Below the pieces are notes generated by a model. The model saw nothing but the letters and a program-made list of their open reading frames with translations, ran no database searches and was not told the DNA's origin. Below, one piece after another: positions 9,974 through 18,004 of a stretch of 52,357 bases of DNA. Source of the stretch: Patescibacteria group bacterium (GTDB lineage Bacteria; Patescibacteriota; Minisyncoccia; JAHIHE01; JAGLIN01); the NCBI GenBank assembly GCA_041670805.1, contig JBAXYM010000004.1:1-52357 (forward strand), given 5' to 3'. The position numbers were made by a program, and so were the translations under genes. Positions within the stretch are counted from its first letter, which is position 1. Every line of letters starts with the position of its first letter.

Positions 9974-10339
9974 TCAATTATAAGGATCAGGATCATAGGC
10001 AGCACTTTTTGCGTTGATTTCTTCCACTTCCCTTCTCATTTTGTCTTGTTCTTCTTTAGTAGATCGATCGATATCAACCCCGAATTTGATTCTACTTACA
10101 GACGAGTTTCTGCTCTCCTTGGAGATATTTCCGCCTCCTTCTATCACCTTATAAATCCTAATGCCCGCCTTTCCTGAGTTGGCAGTTGAGTCTTCCACGG
10201 TTACGGCAATATCAAATTCTACTGTTCTGTTTTCTTTTGTGCCAGAAAGCCTCATATCTCGATTGGATTGCGTTCTAACCTCTTCAACAGAATCCACCAA
10301 ATCTGACAAAACATTTTTCACGAAATCTTTTAATTCCAT
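9974..10339 (-). CDS. small charged protein (possibly trypsin-co-occurring 'trypco2'-like domain)
   Basis: 121 aa. The pattern MELKDFVKNVLSDLVDSVEEV..VEFDIAVTVEDS..GIRIYKVIEGGG..RIKFGVDI recalls the effector-associated beta-rich domain found beside trypsin-like proteases. From memory only. Confidence 0.4.
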   Translation of the reverse strand: MELKDFVKNVLSDLVDSVEEVRTQSNRDMRLSGTKENRTVEFDIAVTVEDSTANSGKAGIRIYKVIEGGGNISKESRNSSVSRIKFGVDIDRSTKEEQDKMRREVEEINAKSAAYDPDPYN

Positions 10340-10422
10340 ATTTTAAAGTTAACGAATTTACAACTTAAAATCTGACAAAATTAACAACTTGACAGGATTT
10401 TTAAATCTGATAAACTGTTCTC

Positions 10423-10491
10423 ATAACCTACTCGAGGTTAATTCGAGACAACAATTCACAAAGACCTGACCTAGTCAGGTCTTTGTTTTTT
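10423..10491 (+). ncRNA. candidate small antisense RNA (promoter plus intrinsic terminator, about 70 nt)
   Basis: TTGACA (10389-10394), 16 nt, TAAACT (10411-10416). Then a hairpin CTCGA..TCGAG and an 11-bp perfect hairpin AAAGACCTGAC/GTCAGGTCTTT (10460-10484) followed by T6. Antisense to the last codons of the NYN gene. Confidence 0.3.
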
Positions 10492-11140
10492 CTATTCTGG
10501 CTATATGTCTTTTTATATTCTGCGCATTAACCACTAAGTCAGCAGATTCCTTCAATTTAGTAGTTATATAACCGCCTTTTATTAGGATAACTTTCTTCCG
10601 TCTTTTTCTTAAAAAGTTATTAAGATAAACAAAATCCGCATCTCCGGAAAATAAACAGAAAGTATCATAATGATCCATCATCTTGATAACATCAACCGAA
10701 ATCTCGACATCAAAATTGCATTTTCTGATCTCTACATAAAGATCCCCGTTTTCATCCGTAGAGATATATTTTGCGTCACTCCCCGATTCGTCAAGCTCAA
10801 TATAATGTTTTATCTTCTGCAGATCTTTTGTAATAACATCACGATTCCCGAATACCTGCCTCATTACGTATGTAAATTTCAACGATTTGGGATTTTTCGG
10901 ATCTTCACCATAATAAACTCGGACTCTTTGACTAAAAGTGCCTGCAAAGCTTTTCAGATTAGCAATATCAATGCAAAGTCTCTCATCTTTTGCAAGTAAC
11001 TTGTTATTCCAGTCCTGAGTATCTTTTTTGAACCAGTTGTTCACATTGGAAAAATCTATGAAAGAAAAAACTTTCCCGTAGGTATCGGAAATTCCCGATT
11101 CTTCTCGTATGAACTGTTTTTTGAGTTCGTGTAAATCCAT
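10475..11140 (-). CDS. NYN (LabA-like) domain protein, putative RNase
   Basis: FSFIDFSNVNNW at the N-terminus and FCLFSGDADFVYL..KKVILIK..LKESADLVV, typical of NYN/LabA domains. 1 nt after the hsdM stop. Confidence 0.7.
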   Translation of the reverse strand: MDLHELKKQFIREESGISDTYGKVFSFIDFSNVNNWFKKDTQDWNNKLLAKDERLCIDIANLKSFAGTFSQRVRVYYGEDPKNPKSLKFTYVMRQVFGNRDVITKDLQKIKHYIELDESGSDAKYISTDENGDLYVEIRKCNFDVEISVDVIKMMDHYDTFCLFSGDADFVYLNNFLRKRRKKVILIKGGYITTKLKESADLVVNAQNIKRHIARIEKTKT

Positions 11141-11141
11141 A

Positions 11142-12920
11142 TTAGTATTTTAATTCCTTTAAAAACTTTTTCACTTTCTCGCCAATCTTCTCCCTCTCCT
11201 TCTCAAGCTCCGCAATCTCTGCTTTGACCGCTTTGACATCAATCTTTTCCTCTTCCTCACTATTATCCACATACCTGCGAATATTGAGATTAAAATCGTT
11301 CTCCCCTATTTCTTTCAAATCAACAACTCTGGCATATTTCTCTATATTTTTATAACCGTCATAAGCCTCTACGATTTTATCAATGTCCTGCTTTCTTAAA
11401 GAATTCTGATTCTTGCCTTCCAGATAATCATTTTCCGCATTAATGAAAAGTATTCTATTCTTCCTATTCTCTGGTTTGTTGTTATTAAAAATCAGAATCG
11501 AAACGGGAATCCCCGTGCCAAAAAACAGTTTGGCAGGAAGCCCAATCACGGCATCAATCAAATCGTTTTTTATAATTTGTTCTCGAAGCCTTCCTTCCGC
11601 CCCGCCACGAAACAAAACTCCATGCGGAAGAATCACGCCCGCTCGACCATTAGCATTCATTGATTTGAGGATGTGTAAAACGAAAGCGAAATCAGCGTTT
11701 TTCGTCGGTGGCAATTCATATCCATCAAGTCGCCCGTATTTATTATTTCTAAAAATTTCATACTCCCAATCTTTGATTGAATAGGGGGGATTTGCTACCA
11801 GAATATCAAATCTTTGCAAGTTTCCGTCATTATTCAGGAATTGCGGATTTGCAAGCGTGTCTCCACGAACAATCTCGGCACTGTCGAGCCCATGCAGGAA
11901 CATATTTATCTTAGCGATCGCATATGTCCCGATATTTATTTCCTGTCCGTAAAGGTATAAAGTTTTTGCGATCTTCTCACCCGATTTATTTTTCAAATAA
12001 TTATAAGCCTCAAGAAGAAATCCCCCGCTTCCCACGGTCGGGTCGCAAATGTGATCTTTCTCGTGAGGTTTTAAAATATTAATAATCACTCTCTCAACTT
12101 CACGGGGAGAATAAAATTCCCCGCCTTTTTTGCCGGCATCCGCTGCGAACTGCTTGATCAGATATTCATAAGCGTCGCCCAGCAGATCAGAACTGATATA
12201 TGTGTTACCAAAGTTATATTCAGAAAAATGATTTATAAGGCGCTGCAATGTTTCGTTTGGAAACCTGTCTTTGTTTGCAAAATCAAGATCATCAAATATC
12301 TTGTCCAACTTGGGACTGTTAGCATTTGCAAGTTTATCAAAAATATCATTCAGCTTACTGCCAATCCCGTCAGCCTGTTTGGTGATAACTTCCCACCGAC
12401 AATCCTTAGGAACCTGAAAGCGATGGTTATAATCCGCCGTTGCCAGTTCTTCGTTATGATATTCTTCCATAATCTGATTATATTCTTCATCCCAGATGTC
12501 GCTGATTCTTTTATAAAACAAGAGTCCAAAAATATATTTCTTATAATCCGAGCTGTCAATTTTCCCCCTGAGAATATCAGCGCTCTTCCAAAGAAACTGC
12601 TTGAGAACGGCCAGTGTCATTTTTTCCTCGCTTATCTCAACCATAAGCGATCCCATATCCTGGTCAATAATTTTTTCGATATCCGCAGGCCTGTATTTTC
12701 TGTCCTTCCTCGCACCTACCCGAAGAGGGGTAATCATGCCTCTTTTCTCCCAGTTCCTTAGGGTATCCACATGGACATTAAAAAGCTCTGCGGCCTCGCC
12801 TATTGATAACAATTTCACATTTTTATCTTCAGTTTTTTTGTTCCCAGTTTTCATGGCTTGTATAATTAAGCAGCTATCTGTATAAATTATATTATCAAGC
12901 ATAAATTTGTCAAATTTCAT
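11142..12920 (-). CDS. hsdM: type I R-M methyltransferase subunit M with an N-terminal MerR/excisionase-type HTH extension
   Basis: Canonical HsdM starts at MTLAVLKQFLWKSADILRG (M at 12620). It has FYSPREV, VGSGGFLL (SAM binding) and NPPYS motifs. The preceding 100 in-frame aa contain LLSIGEAAELFNVHVDTLRNWEKRGMI (HTH). Confidence 0.9.
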   Translation of the reverse strand: MKFDKFMLDNIIYTDSCLIIQAMKTGNKKTEDKNVKLLSIGEAAELFNVHVDTLRNWEKRGMITPLRVGARKDRKYRPADIEKIIDQDMGSLMVEISEEKMTLAVLKQFLWKSADILRGKIDSSDYKKYIFGLLFYKRISDIWDEEYNQIMEEYHNEELATADYNHRFQVPKDCRWEVITKQADGIGSKLNDIFDKLANANSPKLDKIFDDLDFANKDRFPNETLQRLINHFSEYNFGNTYISSDLLGDAYEYLIKQFAADAGKKGGEFYSPREVERVIINILKPHEKDHICDPTVGSGGFLLEAYNYLKNKSGEKIAKTLYLYGQEINIGTYAIAKINMFLHGLDSAEIVRGDTLANPQFLNNDGNLQRFDILVANPPYSIKDWEYEIFRNNKYGRLDGYELPPTKNADFAFVLHILKSMNANGRAGVILPHGVLFRGGAEGRLREQIIKNDLIDAVIGLPAKLFFGTGIPVSILIFNNNKPENRKNRILFINAENDYLEGKNQNSLRKQDIDKIVEAYDGYKNIEKYARVVDLKEIGENDFNLNIRRYVDNSEEEEKIDVKAVKAEIAELEKEREKIGEKVKKFLKELKY

Positions 12921-13072
12921 ACTTTTTCATAGGTTATCTATGTCATAAACATTTACAACAAGCAAGTTTCAAAAATATACCAAATATCCCTATAGTTATG
13001 GTAAGAAATATGAAAAGTGCCGCGGGAAGCTAGGTTCTTAAAAATAAGCAGTGGAAGAAAGGAGGTGATCCA

Positions 13073-13200
13073 TCCACAGCCTTCTGCTCCACTGTAGTTC
13101 GAGACCCATTCCACATCAAAAAAATACCGAGCTTTCACTCGGCATTTTTTGCTTGTTTTAGCCACGCATACGGGTCGCTTTCACAAAAATTAACTGCTCG
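13073..13200. repeat. module-boundary repeat unit, copy A (long form)
   Basis: CACAG..CTGTAG hairpin, AGTTCGAGACCC, A-run, hairpin TACCGAG..CTCGGCA, T-run, then the core CTTGTTTTAGCCACGCATACGGGTCGCTTTCACAAAAATTAACTGCTCG (13152-13200). Confidence 0.8.
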
Positions 13201-13513
13201 CCTGGCGGAACAGCTTTCGAACTTTTGACTGGGAAAAGGCACTGCCGGTGCCGGAAATGGTGATAAAAGATGTTGGGAAGTTATTAACTCTAACTTAATA
13301 TTCTTGCTATCCCCACCCCTTTGGAATTTCCAGATCGGGGCGCTTATTGTGAATCATTCTTATAAACTTTTTATGTCTTCTATTTTATTGTTACATTGAG
13401 ATTATCTTTGCACGCTCTTAAGACACACTATCCGAAAAATTATACCCGAAGAGATAAAAACATGAAAAGAGCCTGACAAGTGTTAAACTAGCCAGGCTTT
13501 TAGATACTTATAG

Positions 13514-13540
13514 TTAAAACTGATCTTCGCATTGCGAAGA
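13514..13540 (-). terminator. intrinsic terminator downstream of the radical-SAM operon
   Basis: On the minus strand, TCTTCGC-AAT-GCGAAGA hairpin (13524-13540) followed by TCAGTTTT. Lies 45 nt after the stop at 13585. Confidence 0.45.
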
Positions 13541-13584
13541 GAATCCGTTCGACCTCCGAAAGAGATCAATGGTCTCATTTTTAA

Positions 13585-14551
13585 TCACTTGATGCAATCA
13601 GTATCTGATCCATTTAATTTATTTTTCTGATAATAAGCTCTTGCCCTGCACCCTCCACAATATGATAGATATTCACACCCACCGCATGGTTCGTCAAATG
13701 AAGAACGATCTCTTAGAATGTTGAATATCTCCGATTCAAACCATAATTGCTTTAGGTCGGTTTCATAGATATTACCCGCTTTGAGTCTGAGAAACGGACA
13801 AGGAACAACATCTCCATTCGGCAGAACTACGCATGCAGCAACACCAGCAGTGCATCCACCCTTGATACCAAGATACTTTTCCGTTTTTTGCTCTTTCAAG
13901 ATCGCTGCAAACGGAGAAGTGAATCGCAGAGTTTTTTTATTTAGATACAGCCGATGTAGCTTTTTCATAACCTCAACCTTTTGGCTGGAGGTTAATTGAA
14001 GATCTTCCTTATCACCGGGAATGCACAGATTGAAGCCGATGTCTATACCATTATGATTCGCTATATCTACCATCCAGTCAATCTTATCGATATTACCGGG
14101 ATTGGACTGTCGCGAAAAAATAAGTATAGATTCCGGCATCAATAAATCGTTTAGCAGTATTCACCATATCTTTTACGAAAGTTTTCCGTATAGCAGAATC
14201 ATCAATCTCAAAACTGAGATGAACAATATCAAAAGCTTTGACAATCTCGATATCCATTTTACCTATCAAACCATTTGATTGAACAACCATTTTGAGATTC
14301 GGCTTGTTTGACTTTATGTAGTCAGCCAAATCTTCGAATTTTTCATGCAACGCCGCTTCGCCGCCTGAAACGATGAACTTTTGGACACCATTCGCCTCCG
14401 CAAACCTAATCAGATTGATCACGTCGTCCAGAGGCATATCGTGGTTCTTGTTGGTTCGATTGTAGCAATGGCGGCAATCCAGGTTGCATTTGGTGGTTAT
14501 CTCAACTTCCAATAAATGCAGACCCAATTTCGCATCGTCGATCTCTGACAT
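13585..14551 (-). pseudogene. radical SAM/SPASM enzyme no. 3, split into two frames
   Basis: ORF 14093..14572 holds the rSAM core (TTKCNLDCRHCYN, SGGEAALH). ORF 13585..14142 holds the SPASM part (GGCTAGVAACVVLPNGDVVPCPF, CGGCEYLSYCGGCRARAY). The 50-nt overlap contains an A6/T6 run at 14115-14120; removing one base joins ..GIYTYF to SRQSNPGNI. Confidence 0.7.
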
Positions 14552-15569
14552 TTTCGAATCCTCCCTCTTCATAAGTTGATGCCCATGCTCTACAGCCAGA
14601 ATAGCATCTCGGTTTTTTCAGACACTTGTTGCATTCTCCGGGAACTTTGTCGCCAAGTATAAGCTGGCGAAAAAGATTAAAACCCTTGCCCGTCTTCCAG
14701 ATACAGTATTCATTGCCGGTTAAAATATTTCCGCAATAAAATTCTTCACTCTTGAAGAAATTACACGGAAAAACTCTACCGTCGCTTTCTACTACCAGTT
14801 TGTACTTCCCTGCTGCACAATTGGGCAGCAACAGACCTGAATTTCTATAATGTTCTTTATTGTTAATGAAGATACTATGAAAGCCATGTTTCAATGTCAG
14901 TTTGTTTTTGGGAATTTTTTTCAGATTATCCATATAATCTATCAACAATCCCCTATCCAAAACTAACGCGACATCTTCGAAAGCATTTCCGAATCGTGAA
15001 AACACTGGAATAGACGGTGCGAATTTATGAATACTGAACCTTGAATCGAAATACTCGAACACTTCCATCATCTGATGATAGTTCGACTTGACCAGTGACA
15101 TGTTTATCGAAACCCTTACCCCCTCTGCTACAGCTCGTCTTATATTGTTTTCGATCAAATCAAATGACTTAGCTTTTCCAACAATTTCGTCGTGAACACT
15201 TCCGATACCATGAACTGAAAAAACCACTTCATCGACGCTTGCCAATACACTCGAAACATCCAATGTTCCGTTTGTGTTGATTCTTATTTCGAAATTCAAT
15301 CTCTTGCACCAGTTTACCAATGTTGCAAAATCAGGATATAAAAAGCTTTCACGCCCCGTAAAATCCAACCGTCTAATTCCAAGATTACGGAGCTTGAGAA
15401 TTATACACTGCCACTGCACCAGCGTAAGATCGGGTTTTGTTTCCACGATCTTTTTACCGGTATAACAGAATTTGCACCTTTGATTACATTTGGCTGTAAG
15501 CTCAAGCTGGGCCAAAATCGGTTTTTCCCATGCCATCTCAAGCAGCTCCTCACGACTAAACCCATTCAT
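14502..15569 (-). CDS. radical SAM/SPASM enzyme no. 2
   Basis: LELTAKCNQRCKFCY (CxxxCxxC). C-terminal Cys clusters LPNCAAGKYKLVVESDGRVFPC and CNKCLKKPRCYSGCRA. 4-nt overlap with the upstream PqqD-like gene. Confidence 0.85.
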   Translation of the reverse strand: MNGFSREELLEMAWEKPILAQLELTAKCNQRCKFCYTGKKIVETKPDLTLVQWQCIILKLRNLGIRRLDFTGRESFLYPDFATLVNWCKRLNFEIRINTNGTLDVSSVLASVDEVVFSVHGIGSVHDEIVGKAKSFDLIENNIRRAVAEGVRVSINMSLVKSNYHQMMEVFEYFDSRFSIHKFAPSIPVFSRFGNAFEDVALVLDRGLLIDYMDNLKKIPKNKLTLKHGFHSIFINNKEHYRNSGLLLPNCAAGKYKLVVESDGRVFPCNFFKSEEFYCGNILTGNEYCIWKTGKGFNLFRQLILGDKVPGECNKCLKKPRCYSGCRAWASTYEEGGFENVRDRRCEIGSAFIGS

Positions 15570-15823
15570 GACTGTTCCTCCAGTATCTTCTTTGAGATGA
15601 GATAATTCAGAAACGATTCAGGCAACTCCCTAAGACTGCGCTTCTCGTTGATGATTACAAACATCTGATTGATAAGTTTTGCAGCAGCCCCCGTAAAAAA
15701 TGTGTAACCAAAGTCGTAGTAAAAAACATAGACTCCGCTTTTTTCTCGGTAGGCGACAGCAGGATTGAGCAGCAATAGCTTTTTCATCGCTTCCTCCCTA
15801 AAAAAATTGAGAGGTTCCATCAT
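15566..15823 (-). CDS. PqqD-like peptide chaperone (RiPP recognition element), tentative
   Basis: 85 aa. The pattern LNPAVAYREKSGVYVFYYDFGYTFFTGAAAKLINQM..SLRELPESFLNYLISKKIL resembles PqqD/MftB-type proteins. Lies between the small ORF and an rSAM/SPASM gene. Confidence 0.55.
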   Translation of the reverse strand: MMEPLNFFREEAMKKLLLLNPAVAYREKSGVYVFYYDFGYTFFTGAAAKLINQMFVIINEKRSLRELPESFLNYLISKKILEEQS

Positions 15824-15851
15824 GGTTATAACGGAACCTCAATCTGAGACA

Positions 15852-15953
15852 TTAATCGGCGTTAATAAGACAGCCATTGGCATTAAACTCTTCGACGTCC
15901 ATCTGCCAGTTTGCAACTTCGACGTTAGATTCTTCCTGCGCGATTGGTTCCAT
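15852..15953 (-). CDS. candidate RiPP precursor peptide, 33 aa (not in ORF track)
   Basis: My translation: MEPIAQEESNVEVANWQMDVEEFNANGCLINAD*. SD AAGAGGTG lies 5 nt upstream of the ATG (15951-15953). It fills the only intergenic gap of the operon, directly upstream of the PqqD-like gene. Confidence 0.45.
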   Translation of the reverse strand: MEPIAQEESNVEVANWQMDVEEFNANGCLINAD

Positions 15954-15972
15954 TGTTACACCTCTTTTTTGT

Positions 15973-16737
15973 TTAGTTTTTCTGAGCAACAAAGTAGAGT
16001 CTGCTCAGGTGCTTTTCGTTATCTTCGTAAACTTTGTATTCTTCTCTGACTTCCAGCAAATTGAAGCCAGCTTGCTCAAGCAACGGAGCAATATCCTCCT
16101 TGTCGTATCCTCTCTCAATGTGCCTTTCCTTTATTAGATGATAACACTCCCTCTCTCTGACGAAGAAATCGATGTCCAGCGTCCAGAACCTGCCCTCGCC
16201 ACCGAAACGGAATACCGAATAGAATTCGGCTTCTTCGAATACCCGCGGCTTGAATTTTTGAGCAGTTTGAACGTGATCCATAGGATTCATATCGAAAAGA
16301 AAGATCGTGCCTACCGGAATGTTGCGGTTTACTGCTTTAAATGTTTGCAACATGTCCTCATCGGAAAGCAGATAATTCAAGGAGTCATAGAAGGAAACCG
16401 CCAGTGTGACTGGTTTGACCTGGTCTCCCAAATCAAAGTTCCTCGCATCCACACAGACGAACTGCTCATCAGGAAATTTTTGCTTAGCAACCGAGATCAT
16501 CTCATCCGAGATATCGATTCCGATCACTTTGAATCCCAGCTCAATCAAGAGCTTGGAAATATTTCCAGTTCCGCAAGCCACATCCAGGCAAACACCCTTA
16601 GGAATGTTATATTTTTCAACAACTTCGGCAATAAGGTTTTTCCAACCAAGATATTTGCTTTCCCCCATCAACCTATCGTAGAATCTTGCCATCACACGAT
16701 AGCCTTCTGAATTGTCATATTGTTTTTCTTTGTCCAT
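15973..16737 (-). CDS. class I SAM-dependent methyltransferase
   Basis: CLDVACGTGNIS (motif I), GIDISDEM, VSFYDSLNYL. 254 aa. Confidence 0.85.
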   Translation of the reverse strand: MDKEKQYDNSEGYRVMARFYDRLMGESKYLGWKNLIAEVVEKYNIPKGVCLDVACGTGNISKLLIELGFKVIGIDISDEMISVAKQKFPDEQFVCVDARNFDLGDQVKPVTLAVSFYDSLNYLLSDEDMLQTFKAVNRNIPVGTIFLFDMNPMDHVQTAQKFKPRVFEEAEFYSVFRFGGEGRFWTLDIDFFVRERECYHLIKERHIERGYDKEDIAPLLEQAGFNLLEVREEYKVYEDNEKHLSRLYFVAQKN

Positions 16738-16739
16738 AA

Positions 16740-17993
16740 TTATTCTCCAATAATTGTTTTCTTATAACGGTTTGAGAACCTACAAAAACCTCCGCAAACG
16801 ATTTCTTTGTCGTTTTTAGTGCATCTGCGACAATCTTCATTTTGTATCAGCAATCTTTTGGTTTCATCTTCCAAATCACTCACCAACATTGTTAGCGAAT
16901 AATCTTCGATATTACGCAAAAAACGTGACCGATCCATAACACAGGGATATAGCACCCCACGACTGTCAACAGAAATCCTCTTTCTTAGTCCGCATCCGTA
17001 ATAGTGTGAATCAGGAACAGTTTTTTTGGTATTTAACAGTCCGTTTCGCACATTCGGATGTTTCAATAATATTCCCAATTCTCTCGCAAGATCCACTCGC
17101 TCAAGATTGTTGAGAATTGCCGCACCGGTTTGGATAGTGGGTCGAAAATGGACTGTCGTATTGAATCTCTTTGCGACATCGACCATTTCCTTGGCACTGC
17201 TAAGATTTTCTTTATTCAAGGTTGAAATAAAATAAATGCTAACCCCCTTGGAATAAAGCTTCTCCAGCCCTGCCATCATCTTACCATACAACCCGGCACG
17301 ACGTCTAACCCGATCGTGAATCTCGCCGATCCCGTCCAGACTTACTGCCAATCCTAAGCCTTCTTTTAAAATATCAACCAGTTCATCCGACGAATCAATT
17401 AGAAATTCGCCGTTGGTCACAACATAAAAATGCAACCCATGCTGTTTGATAAAAGTTAGAATTTGACATAAATCCTTACGAGAAAACGGCTCACCCCCTG
17501 TTACCTCAAACAACCCCACCCCCAGATCCTTCAGCTTTAAAATCCTGGCAAGCAGGTCTTCAAGTGGAGGAACATAGTGATCAAGATCCGATTTGTGATA
17601 ACAAGTTATGCAATCACAATTGCAGAAAGAAGTTACTTCGAACAATACCTGAGTCGGCAAGCCGCTGACATCAACATACATTTCTCTGTATGCCTGAGTT
17701 AAAGCTGGATTTGCCAGAATAACCTCGTTCTCAAGCAAAACTGACAACACATGATTCGATATACCTTTTCCTGAAAATGTCCTGCTTCTCAGCAGATCCG
17801 CCATTTCTTCATCCACAAACAAAAAGGAGGAATACAGCATTGGCGGAGTAATAACAGCTCCGTTCGGCTCATAACGAATAATTGCCGAAGGATTAAGATG
17901 ATAAAAATCATCTCTTTGGCAAACAGTGTCGTCAGATTCTCTGATTCGTACAATACAGGGAACCGCCAGATGATGCAGATTGGTAACAAACAT
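16740..17993 (-). CDS. radical SAM/SPASM enzyme no. 1 with an N-terminal extension of about 100 aa
   Basis: FEVTSFCNCDCITCYH (CxxxCxxC), VTGGEPF. SPASM-type clusters YYGCGLRKRISVDSRGVLYPC and CRRCTKNDKEIVCGGFCRF. Confidence 0.85.
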   Translation of the reverse strand: MFVTNLHHLAVPCIVRIRESDDTVCQRDDFYHLNPSAIIRYEPNGAVITPPMLYSSFLFVDEEMADLLRSRTFSGKGISNHVLSVLLENEVILANPALTQAYREMYVDVSGLPTQVLFEVTSFCNCDCITCYHKSDLDHYVPPLEDLLARILKLKDLGVGLFEVTGGEPFSRKDLCQILTFIKQHGLHFYVVTNGEFLIDSSDELVDILKEGLGLAVSLDGIGEIHDRVRRRAGLYGKMMAGLEKLYSKGVSIYFISTLNKENLSSAKEMVDVAKRFNTTVHFRPTIQTGAAILNNLERVDLARELGILLKHPNVRNGLLNTKKTVPDSHYYGCGLRKRISVDSRGVLYPCVMDRSRFLRNIEDYSLTMLVSDLEDETKRLLIQNEDCRRCTKNDKEIVCGGFCRFSNRYKKTIIGE

Positions 17994-18004
17994 GGATAAC
18001 CTCC

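Noticed and set aside
13090-13122. The recurrent AGTTCGAnnCC motif before an A-run (also at 19241, 35835, 38593, 38741) resembles a tRNA T-loop, suggesting pseudo-tRNA or att scars
   Set aside because: I could not fold any copy into a T-arm plus acceptor stem or a cloverleaf. The copies are on the strand opposite to the only real tRNA (tRNA-Gln), and that tRNA's 3' sequence does not match them.
12953-13165. 70-aa minus-strand ORF between hsdM and the rSAM operon
   Set aside because: It runs through the hairpin/terminator and conserved core of boundary repeat A and through the 16S-tail-like 17-mer. Conservation with other repeat copies is at nucleotide and structure level and in different frames.
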